NCBI GenBank assembly: GCA_009859145.1
Contig: VRVR01000003.1
Span: 257,315 to 321,314, forward strand
Reading direction: 5' to 3'
DNA: 64,000 nt
Source of the DNA: Andalucia godoyi And28
Taxonomy: Eukaryota > Protista > Jakobida
Shown here: piece after piece, positions 32,001-41,875 of the stretch
Layout: the number at the start of each line of letters is the position of its first letter
Position numbering within the stretch: the first letter of the stretch is position 1
The notes under the pieces: model-generated
Told to the model about the DNA's origin: nothing
Seen by the model: the letters and a program-made list of their open reading frames with translations, nothing else
The model's database searches: none
Position numbers and translations under genes: made by a program

Positions 32001-32522
32001 GTTCTTCAGATAAATGTTCCGCGCTCCATTCCCAATCTCGATCAATCAGTGAGCCACTTTCTCAGCGTGACACGTTGTTCCTGAGAAGGGTGCATTTTGA
32101 GTCTGACGGCCCTAGCAGCAGGCGCTTTCGTGTCCTCAGTCGCAGCGATTGATGCAACTGGAGATACGAGAGTAGGAAGAGGTGGTAGGTGTAGTGACAC
32201 GCGGTCTCTTAGGAGGTCTGCGGGACCTAGGAGGCCCTGTATCGAGCGGCGTAGGCGTAGGCGAATGCGTCATCCCAGCGCACCCACGCCCATATTTGAA
32301 TAAAAAGAGTGAAACCAACGAATGACAGAACAGATGGCTACGGATGCTGCGTTAAAGAGTGTCGAAAATGCAGAGCCTGTGTCACAGGCTGAATTTTGGC
32401 CGAGCGTGCGTAAGCACGGATTCCTGTGAAACCAAATGTGCTCGTGTCGGCCAGTATCGACGGTGTCTCTTTATGCATACTTCCTTCCATATGCATGACA
32501 ATGACATGTTATTATTCAACGG
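31894..32522 (-). mobile_element. Non-autonomous Fanzor2/IS607-TnpB derivative, family B copy 2
   Basis: 629 bp homologue of B1 with about 70 extra bp of N-terminal coding sequence. It has the same deletion junction, and RAVRLKMHPSQEQRVTLRKWL lies at 32051-32122. Confidence 0.9.
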
Positions 32523-32720
32523 CTGACGCGCAGCCTGTCGACACTTGCCGATACGCATTTTCGGGATCGGTGATTCGTACACAGTTATTGGTTTCTTTTG
32601 CAAAACTCCCTTCTTCTCAAAGAAAGAAAAAAGACAAGAAGAGGGGGGCCGGTTTGAAAAGGAGCGCCTATTCGAGACGTTGCAGCCGTGTCTGTTTTTT
32701 GAGCACGGATTGCGTGTGCA

Positions 32721-33545
32721 ATGGTGAAGTCGTCCGAGGTGAAAACGGGACATCTGTACAAGCGCGGTCGCCTGAATCGATCGTTCAAATCGCGTTTTTT
32801 TCTGCTGTTGTCAAGCGGGGAGCTGCACTATTTTAAGGATAAGGAGTCCACGCGACCGATTTCACTCGTCAGCATATCGAATGCGTACATCATTCCTTCT
32901 TCAGCGGACTCTCGGACGTTTGAAATAGTCACCCCGAGCCGAACGTATGACTTGATGGCGGAAACAACGGAGGACCGGGATGACTGGGTCCGCAGGCTCT
33001 CGAGGCTGTCGGAACTTCATACGCAGCAATGGTGGCTTGCGCATGTAGAGCAAAAAACCGAGGCAGCTGCCTTTGAGATTTCTCTTTACACAATGGACGA
33101 CGTTGTTCTTGAGTTCCAGAACCGCATTGAGCTCGATCGGGCGTCGCCGTCCGTCAGGATCACGTCCCCCAATGTCGTTTCTGGATGCTCATCTCCTGTG
33201 CCGCCGAATTTTTCCCCTTGTCCGTCTTCAGGTTCGTTACAAAATGCATTTGCGCCTTCTAACTACGACATTGACACATCGCAGAGTCCCGTTCACAGGA
33301 TATCGTTTGAATCCGAACCTTCGTTGTCGGATGAGACGCGATCAACCGACGCCAGTTGCTGTTCTGACAACAGAAATTCCAGCATGAAGGACGCCATCAC
33401 CACCAATTCTGGTCATGGAAACTGTAATGGCAGTAATAGCAATAGCAGCAGGAGTAGTAGCAGGAGCCCCAGTCTTGCTTCTCTTCAAATCGACTCGGAC
33501 ATGTCCAGCATGTCTTCACCAAACACCCCGCATGACGATAGGTAG
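32721..33545 (+). CDS. PH-domain protein
   Basis: KTGHLYKRG...FKSRFFLL...LHYFKD...FEIVTPSRTYDLMAETTEDRDDWV, followed by a Ser-rich tail. Confidence 0.85.
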   Translation: MVKSSEVKTGHLYKRGRLNRSFKSRFFLLLSSGELHYFKDKESTRPISLVSISNAYIIPSSADSRTFEIVTPSRTYDLMAETTEDRDDWVRRLSRLSELHTQQWWLAHVEQKTEAAAFEISLYTMDDVVLEFQNRIELDRASPSVRITSPNVVSGCSSPVPPNFSPCPSSGSLQNAFAPSNYDIDTSQSPVHRISFESEPSLSDETRSTDASCCSDNRNSSMKDAITTNSGHGNCNGSNSNSSRSSSRSPSLASLQIDSDMSSMSSPNTPHDDR

Positions 33546-33776
33546 AGAAATGAATGCATTCGTGACGCATTTCTTCGCTCTTAAGATGTAAGTACTCGGT
33601 TTGGAAAAAAAGAAACCTGGACAATAAATGCGAGTAGTTCTGTTTATCAAGGGGACTTTAATTATTCGTGTATGTGTGTGTTCCGGTGTTTGGTCTTGTA
33701 CTTTTGTTGTTGTTTTTTTTTTTCTTTCTCCCATTTTTCTGTGTGAAGAGGAGTGAAAACAAAATCGGTTACTTGC

Positions 33777-34145
33777 TTACTTGTACTCGGTGCGTTCGAT
33801 CTGCTCGGCCTGAACTTCTGCGACAAGTGGCAAGAGATACGGCTTGTCTTCCTCGGCCTTGGTCCAGTGTTCCTTGGGTAAGTAGTCATTGTGGAAGTTT
33901 GCGTCGACGGCACGCTTCAGGCGGAAAGCACGGTCCTGGATTTCTGTCTCTGGGAGTCTGTTGATCGCAGTCTGTACATTGCGGCTCTCGACCCACAAGT
34001 CATCCAGCTTGAGTCCGTATTTGCGATACCCGCACATGTCCTTGTACTTTTCAGAAAGCTGCACAAGCACACGGCGCAGAAGAGGAAGCTCGTCAATTGC
34101 AGGCTCGGCGGCTCGGAAGACGCTGCGGACACGGAAAAGAGACAT
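33777..34145 (-). CDS. QCR7: Cytochrome bc1 complex subunit 7
   Basis: GYRKYGLKLDDL...AINRLP...R.FRLKRA...LPKEHWTK.EED.PYL; start at ATG 34145. Confidence 0.9.
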   Translation of the reverse strand: MSLFRVRSVFRAAEPAIDELPLLRRVLVQLSEKYKDMCGYRKYGLKLDDLWVESRNVQTAINRLPETEIQDRAFRLKRAVDANFHNDYLPKEHWTKAEEDKPYLLPLVAEVQAEQIERTEYK

Positions 34146-35431
34146 TGCGGTCGGCAAAGAAACCAGTTCTAAAATTATCCAAAACGTCAAATAAACAATG
34201 GGAAAGAGAAAGGAGGAATGAGAGGAAAGCATGAAAAATTTAAGAGAACGGGAGGGTTGGGAACTTGGGAAGGACGGGGGGGTTGCGATTGAGCAGAAAA
34301 CAAAAAACAAAAGAAAACAAAAACAAAAGAAAGACACTACAGTCGATGTGAAAGAACAACTATTTGTTTGCTTTTTCAGCAAAAGAGCTTGGGCCTCTCT
34401 GCTCGGGAGTCGCGACAACTGGTTGGGGGGGGGGGGGGGGGGGGGCTCGTTTGATCCAAGCGACATGTGTTGCGGTTTGTGTGCTCAAGGGTATATCCTA
34501 AAAAGAGTGCTTTCTTTTGGTTACGGAACCCTTCCGATCCCCGCACCGCATCCGATCATCCAACCAATGTCAAGTCATCTGAATTGCACAATGATTGGTT
34601 TACAAAGTATCGCCGTTGTGGCTTGCAGTGAGAGAAACGTGATGAAAATCGGGTTTCGTTTTGCTTCATCAGGATGCCTGTGGCAATGACCAGCACTCCC
34701 CCCCCCCTTCAAAACGGAGCTCGGGAAAAAAAAATCCCAACTTTTTTCCAGATCAGATCCGCACTCCCCACCAATGCAAAGGTTCTATTGTTGATTCATG
34801 GTGCTTCGCTCGTGTGTCGAGAGGGTGGTGTTTTTTCTTTCGTTTGTCGTTTTTTGTGACAGTCACCGCTTGGCAAGCGTGGGGAAATGTGCTATAAATA
34901 AGCACTTTTATCATCCCAATGTTTGACGGACCTGGCGAGCTGTCAGCAATCAGCAGTGAGCAGCTGAGTTTGGAAGTCAGTCGAAGTCAGATTAGCTAGA
35001 TTCGGCAATCTGCCTCCGAAAATGCCTGAAAAGACAAAGTGCACGTTTGACAGGTCCGATAGGACTTTTGTCCAAAATTCGCTCCGCCGTTTGCAGTCTG
35101 CTTGCATATTTCGTGGTTTTCCAAGCAACTTTTTTACTGCTTTCAACACGATCCACGGACGTGCGTGGGGAGTTCTCCTTCTTTTTTTTCTTTTTTCTTT
35201 TTTTCATTTCTTTCTGTTCTCTTTCCTTTATTCTCATTTTCTCTCTTGCAGTCTCGTCCTTTCTTCTTGGTTGCATGTTACTTGGTATTTGTTTATTTTG
35301 TTGGTTCTTTTTATTGTTTTTCCTCCCAAGAGAGTCTTTGTGAGTACCTTGCATACTGCTGCTGGACGGTTTTCCCTCGAAAAAAGTCAGATCGCGTTGT
35401 GGTAACTTTGAGCTGAAACTGATCCGACAGA

Positions 35432-38400
35432 ATGGCGTCTGAGGTTGGTTCATCGACCATCGGAGGCATTGATGAGGAAGATGTGTCCAAGATGGCCACC
35501 TTGGAAGAATTTTCCTTCTCACTCGCGTTTGATGCAGGGAGGCTGAAGTTTCGGAGATGGTTGCAGCTTCTGGCAGTGCTTGTCTGCTGGGTTCAGCTCA
35601 TGTCTCTTGCTGTTTCGCCGTATCTTCCGTGGGACGGAAATGCAGACTCGTCGAACTCTTCTCTTGCGGCAAACTCGACGATTTCTGCAATCCTGTTTGT
35701 TATCCGGGGGTTTCGAACATTCACACCTGAAGCATATTATGGAAGCAATGCTGCCTTGCTGGCACACTTCTTCATTGCTTGCATAATTGTTATGTGTCTT
35801 GTTGTCTTGGCACTCGTCATGTTCAGACTGTCAATCTCAGGGAACGTGCGATCGTCGAAGCTGTACAAACCGGTGCTGAAAGTCTTCAATGCATCAACGG
35901 TCTTCTACGGGCCGGTGCTGGCTGGTTTGCTTGCTGTCTGGAGATGCGACTATTCCGCTGCTGCTAGGGGCTCTACCATTTACAGAATCGGATCCAGTAC
36001 AGAGTGCTTTGCAACGCCAAATGTGGTGTATTTGGCTATTTCTGCATGCATGATTTTGATCAGCGTACCGATTTTCTATTTCACTGCACGATTTGCCTAT
36101 GACGTTCGACCAACTTCTCGAAATCTGTTTGCATGCGTGACTGGCATGCATCCAGCATTCTTCATATTGGCAATCACAGTTCTGTCCATCGTGGAACTGA
36201 TCACCATCCCTTTCACGTATTTTGCACTTCCCGCAGTGGGCATGGTCGTGTTTGCAATGCACCTTTCGAATGGAATGGACTGGTTTCCGTACTACTCCCC
36301 GGTTGTGAATCACGCCGCACACGCTGGTCTATTTGGTTCGTTGTTCGCTTCCTTCATGGGAATCATCGCTGCTGGCACAGTGAGCTCCGCCGTATTCTAT
36401 GTTTTTGTTGCGTTTCTTCCGTTTGTTCTTGTCGGAGGATTCTTTATGTCAGTTCGGCAGTATCTGGCAATCCGAACTTTGAAAACCACATCTGTGATAT
36501 TTGAAGCACAAGCGAAAGCGATGCGAAGTCAGCCGGGCCGTTCTGCAACCGCTTGGGCAGCAGAAGATGATGACGAAATGATACTTCCCTTGTCGAAGCC
36601 CCACCATGTCGAGATTTTTGCTCGACTTGATTCCTCAAACGTTAGTATGAACGCATCTTTTGTTCAACAACAAAGCATCAATGAAGCAGAGAGTGCATCC
36701 CCAGATGCATCGTTTCATGAGGGAAACACCGGATCACCAAGAATCGACGAGCTGGTGCCGTCGTCGACTGACACCGTAACCGGAGACAGAAGAGGAGCAT
36801 ACGAACAGCCATCTTCCAGTGGTGGTCACTCCAAACCGTCGTCGGCGGCATCCACTGCGGTAGCAAGATTTCGGGCAGTGTTCCATCTCGGACAGGATCT
36901 CTTCCCTTCTTCCCCGTACGTTTCTCTCACATACGCTTTGTACATTCTCTCGTTGACCTTCAACACACGGCACGCTTTCCGACTGTCGACTGAAGCTGCC
37001 GGAAGCGAACTCAGCGCAACAGAGACATTTCTGCTCTTCTGCATCCGCAGACAGATTTCGGAAATCGAAGATGGTCGAGGAGGGGAGGAAAATTTGATGA
37101 GGAGGCTGCTGGCTGCGCGAAAGCATCAGTCTCTGTGCAGAGTAGCGATGCGCAAATTTTGGTCAATGTTGCTCAAAGACAATTATGACGAGACCCAGCT
37201 TCCCAGAATCATATCCATGATCTCAGAGCATGAGAACGAGGCTGAGCGGGTTTTCAAGAGGTTGCTGGCCGAGTATCCCCAGTCTCCACGGCTTCTTCGA
37301 GCGTATGGAGAATTCTTGTTGGAGATTCGACAAGAGGAAGTTGTTTCCAGATTGTATTTCCAAAGAGCCGAATTGGCGGAAGAAAGCCAAAACGTCATTG
37401 CTCGAGAAAGCGTGTTTGTGCAGCGGATGAAGCGAGCATCCGCCATTTCATCAAAGATACATGCGCTGTCCTTCGTTAACGACGGCTCTGACGATGCGGA
37501 CGACTTGGACGACTTGTCGGCAATAGAAGAAGGAATGCAAAGGCGTCGTGTCACGTCATTTTCCATTCCGCAAGGCCTTGAAGGCGGCGAAGACCTTCGC
37601 ATGCCATTTCACCAGGAAGACGCCTTACCAGGAGTGCTTCCTTCCTGGCAACGTCGCTCGATGTCCAGTGCTGATGCCGACGGAGCAGAAGACGATATGC
37701 CTCTGCCGTCGTCAGCGACCCATTCCCGAGGCAATTCTACAGCTGAGGCGGGAAGGACGTCGAAACCCTTCGTGATGGAACGTATAGTGGGCGAAGACGC
37801 TCGCCGCAGTGCTGAGATGGTACCGAGCTCTCAAGATATGGACAACCTTGTTGCACGCACTCGATCTCGTCGAATGGGCCCCCGAGCATTCGATGACGAG
37901 GGTTCTGTAGCCTCAAAACGAAGTTTTCTTGAAAACAAGAGCAGAATGTCGGCGGGAGAGTCGTCGATTTCATCAGACTCTGCCGGAGGAAAAGCAATGG
38001 AAAGACACATGCTCATGGAGGAGATCCGGAAAGGATTTCGGCGCCAAGCCAGGTCCTTGCAGTTCGCTACGATTCTCATCGTTATTGTGTTCATCGCAGT
38101 TTTTTCCGTCTCTTTTGGAGTACTTCAGTCTTTTACGAATAGTACCACTGCATACGAAAACAATCTCGTTCGTCGAGGGCGCGCAAGGAGTCAATCGCAA
38201 GAGATTCTGTCACTGGCAAAAATGCTGCAACAAAACGCGGCTTCGTACCTCCTCAATCCTGTCCAGTACGCGGCATACCGTACGCAGATGTCCGCGTCGG
38301 CCTCCTCCATGATGTCGAACGTGCTCAGTGTGTTTCAGGATTATGAATCCTCGTTCTCCGCATCGGAACGGCCCTTCTGGACAAAATCCGTGGGGACCTC

Positions 38401-41400
38401 TCTGGAGTATAACGTTCCTTATAGGCAGAATGAAACACTGCTATACGCACCTTCAGTGTTTTCATTCTTGAATTTGGTAACAGTGTATTCGACCAACGTC
38501 ATTTCCCTCGCGCAAAACAATGACTCGGCATTGGCGACGCAGTTGCTGACCTGGAGTTCCAGGTCAAAGAACTATGATTTTCTGGCGATCATCAAAAACG
38601 GAGTCAATTCGATTTCAGGAGCGTTTGGCCAGATGGCTGCGTCTTTTGCAGTGACGGATTACGATGACTATCTGGATCGCGAATTCCTTTTCATATACGT
38701 GCTCTTTATCTGCTCGTTTGTTGTCATTTGTGCGTGCGTCGTCGGTATTTTCATGCCACTGTACCGTCGAGAAATCCGAAATCATCATGCTGCTTTGAGA
38801 CTGTTCGGCATTGTTCCAAAACCAGTGCTGAAAAGGATTTCGAAAAGCTTTAAAAAAGCAAAAACAGATAACTCTGAAGCCGAGTTGTCGGCTGAGAAAG
38901 ATGTGCAAATGGACATGCTGGAGTGGGCAGAGCAGTCGTCTGCGTCAGCAGTTGACTCTCAGTCTGAAGCGTCAGTGTATTCGAAGCTTTGGTTTCGCTT
39001 CAGTTTTGTCGCGCTTCTTTTCATCCTTGGCTGTGCTGCAATGCTCACTATTTTTGGAATCTGCTACAACTCTCTTCAGTCTGCAGCGACAGTTCTGAAC
39101 TTGTCGACGGAGAGGCGGTCATTAGTGCACTCTCTTCATTATCTGGCTGCCGAATGGGCCTCTCCCTCTGTTCCACTGAGCACCTCGGAGTTGTTTGACA
39201 GGGACAACGCGTTCCCATACGAGACCGTCTCAGAGCTAAGGCAAGCGATGCTGGGTCGCATTCAGCGGCTCCGTGTCATCAGCAATGCCCTGTTTTACGG
39301 GGACTCTTCTTTGAGTGTTCCGACTTCAGCTTCTCTAAACAACTATGCAGATCAACGCACTTTGATGAATGATGTCCGGTGCACCACGGCGTCAGCTCGG
39401 AATGCGGACGGCTCCATCCCGCCAGTTGCAATCAACTGCATGTCTTTGGATCAGCTGGTAATCGGGTACACAGGACAGATAGAGAGGCTCTTAGCAGCGA
39501 CGACTCCTGCTACATCCCCTGTCCCCGCCACGGCTGCTGCATATCTGTCGTCGATTGAATACATGGATTTGCATGACCTGACATCTCTTCTGATCCAGTC
39601 TACGGATTTAATCTCCTCAGATACATCCTCTGCCATTTCTGTGTATTCGCTTATGTCTAGAATCATCTTCGGTGTCCTATTGCCGGTAGCAGTTGTGACT
39701 GCTGTCTGTATTTTGGGAAGAGGTCTTGAGACGCTGCAGGAGGAACACATCCACACCAAGCGTCTCCTATTGCTGCTTCCTCCAGAAGTTATCAACAACA
39801 CTCCTGTTATCCTAAACTTCCTTCTTTCTGGAAAACGAGTTGATGAGCTGAAACTTCAAGAAACGCTGAAAGAAGAACAGGAAAAAACGAAAGCACTCTT
39901 GCAGTCAACGTCAGATGGTGTCGTCATTACGGACGACAGAGGGCTCATCGAGATGGTGAATGGAGCCATGTCGAAGATTTTTGGGTTCCGCCATGAAGAT
40001 CTCATAGGTTCCAACATCAAAATGATCCTTCCACCAGCCCTTGCAGAGAGACATGACCAGCTAATCAGGAACTATCTAGATAATCCTGCAAGAACGTCGA
40101 AACTTATCGGTCGCTCCTTGGAACATCATGCAATGCACGTTAGCGGGGCCTTGATCCCCTGTCGAGTTACGCTCACTGAAGCCGTCATTGCGAAGAAGAG
40201 ATTCTTTTCGGCTTTCATCCAAGATCTTACAATGTCGCACAAAGAAAAGGCAGAGTCACAGTCGCAGTTCCTGCGCATGCAAGCCGTCATGCGGGCTTCC
40301 ACGGAAGGAATTTTTGTTACTGATGTACTGGGAAATATTCAAATGGTTAATGACGCTGCGTGCAAGATTTTCTCGTACTCCCGCGAGGAACTTGTTGGTC
40401 AGAATGTGACCAAACTGATGCCTGAACCGCATCGATCGCAGCATCACAAGTATTTGGAGACGTTTTTATTCACCGGGAAATCGAAGATCATTGCATCAGG
40501 AAGAGAGGTTATTGCGTTGAAGAAAGACGGAGAAGGAGTGCCGGTGTTCGTGAATGTCATGCACGGAAAGCTGGATGCTTCGCAGCCCAACAATGGTATC
40601 ACACAAAGTCGTGATACCATTCAAGATTCATCGAGGAGCGATTCAAATCCGTCCCCTAGCACGCATGCGGTGTCGAACTTCTTTGCGGCATTCGTTCGAG
40701 ATCTGACTGACGTGAAGAGGAAGGAAGAAGAACTTATCCTCAACAACGAGAAGATACAGGCTGTCATCAAAGCATCGCAAGATGCTGTTATTGTGTGTGA
40801 TGATCGAGGCATCATCGAATCCGTCAATCCTTCGTTTACTGACATTTTAGGATACATGAGAGACGAAGTTGTTGGCCAAAACGTTCGAATGATGGTTCCT
40901 CTCGTTCACAGGAGCCAGCACGATGATTACATCAAGAATTACCTCAAGACAGGGCAGTCGAAGGTTGTCGGATCCGGGAAAGGAATTGAGGCTGTCACGA
41001 AGGAAGGGAAATTGCTGCCTGTGTTCTTGACAGTTCGAGAAGGAAGAGTCCGCGATCGCCGATTCTTCGCCGCTTTCTTGCGAGATATGTCAGAACAGCT
41101 CAAAATAACAAACGGCAAGAATCGAGAAATCGAAACTCTCAAGACAGTTCTAACGAGTGTTGTTCCACCGACGATCGCAGAGCAGCTCCTAAAGGATGCG
41201 GATGAGGAGCTTACACCAACCGACGGGAGCAGCTCTGGTGTCGACATCATCCCATCTTGCACAGTCTTCTTTTCTGATCTTGTCAATTTCACACGCATTT
41301 CGTCTCAGAAGACACCAGAAGAAATGATCCACCTGATTAGCAGAATTTTCGGAATTTTCGATGACCTGGTTGTGAAGCATGACATTGAAAAGGTGAAGAT

Positions 41401-41785
41401 CATTGGTGATGCCTACATGGCAGTTGCGAATATGTACAAGAAGCGACTGGATCATGCTCACGCAGTCTGCGAATTCTCTCTCGATCTTATCGAACAAATC
41501 AATAAGTTCAATATCGAGTCGGGTCTCGACATCGGTGTCCGCATTGGGGTGAACACCGGATCAGCAGTCGCTGGAATCATCAAAACCAGGTTCAGAACCT
41601 TTGATATTTACGGAGATTCTGTGAATATCAGCTCGAGAATGGAGCACACCGGCAAAAATCTGCGAGTTCACATTTCTCAAAGTACGTACAATCTGGTCCG
41701 GGACAAGTACATATTTGAGGAAGACACTGTAGATATCAAAGGAATTGGAAGGGCAACTTGCTATTTCATTGTGAAGAAAAAATGA
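35432..41785 (+). CDS. Multi-TM, TmcB-like, triple-PAS class III adenylyl cyclase (2117 aa)
   Basis: N-terminal TM bundle and TPR-like helices, three PAS domains (about 39890-41090), and a cyclase domain with FSDLVNFT, KVKIIGDAYM and FDIYGDSVNISSRME. Confidence 0.9.
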   Translation: MASEVGSSTIGGIDEEDVSKMATLEEFSFSLAFDAGRLKFRRWLQLLAVLVCWVQLMSLAVSPYLPWDGNADSSNSSLAANSTISAILFVIRGFRTFTPEAYYGSNAALLAHFFIACIIVMCLVVLALVMFRLSISGNVRSSKLYKPVLKVFNASTVFYGPVLAGLLAVWRCDYSAAARGSTIYRIGSSTECFATPNVVYLAISACMILISVPIFYFTARFAYDVRPTSRNLFACVTGMHPAFFILAITVLSIVELITIPFTYFALPAVGMVVFAMHLSNGMDWFPYYSPVVNHAAHAGLFGSLFASFMGIIAAGTVSSAVFYVFVAFLPFVLVGGFFMSVRQYLAIRTLKTTSVIFEAQAKAMRSQPGRSATAWAAEDDDEMILPLSKPHHVEIFARLDSSNVSMNASFVQQQSINEAESASPDASFHEGNTGSPRIDELVPSSTDTVTGDRRGAYEQPSSSGGHSKPSSAASTAVARFRAVFHLGQDLFPSSPYVSLTYALYILSLTFNTRHAFRLSTEAAGSELSATETFLLFCIRRQISEIEDGRGGEENLMRRLLAARKHQSLCRVAMRKFWSMLLKDNYDETQLPRIISMISEHENEAERVFKRLLAEYPQSPRLLRAYGEFLLEIRQEEVVSRLYFQRAELAEESQNVIARESVFVQRMKRASAISSKIHALSFVNDGSDDADDLDDLSAIEEGMQRRRVTSFSIPQGLEGGEDLRMPFHQEDALPGVLPSWQRRSMSSADADGAEDDMPLPSSATHSRGNSTAEAGRTSKPFVMERIVGEDARRSAEMVPSSQDMDNLVARTRSRRMGPRAFDDEGSVASKRSFLENKSRMSAGESSISSDSAGGKAMERHMLMEEIRKGFRRQARSLQFATILIVIVFIAVFSVSFGVLQSFTNSTTAYENNLVRRGRARSQSQEILSLAKMLQQNAASYLLNPVQYAAYRTQMSASASSMMSNVLSVFQDYESSFSASERPFWTKSVGTSLEYNVPYRQNETLLYAPSVFSFLNLVTVYSTNVISLAQNNDSALATQLLTWSSRSKNYDFLAIIKNGVNSISGAFGQMAASFAVTDYDDYLDREFLFIYVLFICSFVVICACVVGIFMPLYRREIRNHHAALRLFGIVPKPVLKRISKSFKKAKTDNSEAELSAEKDVQMDMLEWAEQSSASAVDSQSEASVYSKLWFRFSFVALLFILGCAAMLTIFGICYNSLQSAATVLNLSTERRSLVHSLHYLAAEWASPSVPLSTSELFDRDNAFPYETVSELRQAMLGRIQRLRVISNALFYGDSSLSVPTSASLNNYADQRTLMNDVRCTTASARNADGSIPPVAINCMSLDQLVIGYTGQIERLLAATTPATSPVPATAAAYLSSIEYMDLHDLTSLLIQSTDLISSDTSSAISVYSLMSRIIFGVLLPVAVVTAVCILGRGLETLQEEHIHTKRLLLLLPPEVINNTPVILNFLLSGKRVDELKLQETLKEEQEKTKALLQSTSDGVVITDDRGLIEMVNGAMSKIFGFRHEDLIGSNIKMILPPALAERHDQLIRNYLDNPARTSKLIGRSLEHHAMHVSGALIPCRVTLTEAVIAKKRFFSAFIQDLTMSHKEKAESQSQFLRMQAVMRASTEGIFVTDVLGNIQMVNDAACKIFSYSREELVGQNVTKLMPEPHRSQHHKYLETFLFTGKSKIIASGREVIALKKDGEGVPVFVNVMHGKLDASQPNNGITQSRDTIQDSSRSDSNPSPSTHAVSNFFAAFVRDLTDVKRKEEELILNNEKIQAVIKASQDAVIVCDDRGIIESVNPSFTDILGYMRDEVVGQNVRMMVPLVHRSQHDDYIKNYLKTGQSKVVGSGKGIEAVTKEGKLLPVFLTVREGRVRDRRFFAAFLRDMSEQLKITNGKNREIETLKTVLTSVVPPTIAEQLLKDADEELTPTDGSSSGVDIIPSCTVFFSDLVNFTRISSQKTPEEMIHLISRIFGIFDDLVVKHDIEKVKIIGDAYMAVANMYKKRLDHAHAVCEFSLDLIEQINKFNIESGLDIGVRIGVNTGSAVAGIIKTRFRTFDIYGDSVNISSRMEHTGKNLRVHISQSTYNLVRDKYIFEEDTVDIKGIGRATCYFIVKKK

Positions 41786-41875
41786 AAAAACAGCGAAAAT
41801 CAAAAGAAGAAAAATATAAAAATAAAAATAAAAAGACGAAGAAGAATGAGAGTCAAACATTTATGAGGGAGGAGT

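Noticed and set aside
13589-32522. CRISPR array or classical TIR MITE interpretation of the repeats
   Set aside because: There is no repeat-spacer periodicity, the left and right ends are not inverted repeats of each other, and there is no TSD.
34426-34445. Poly-G runs (also at 5121-5130) as regulatory G-quadruplex elements
   Set aside because: They are simple homopolymers of uncertain assembled length with no supporting context.
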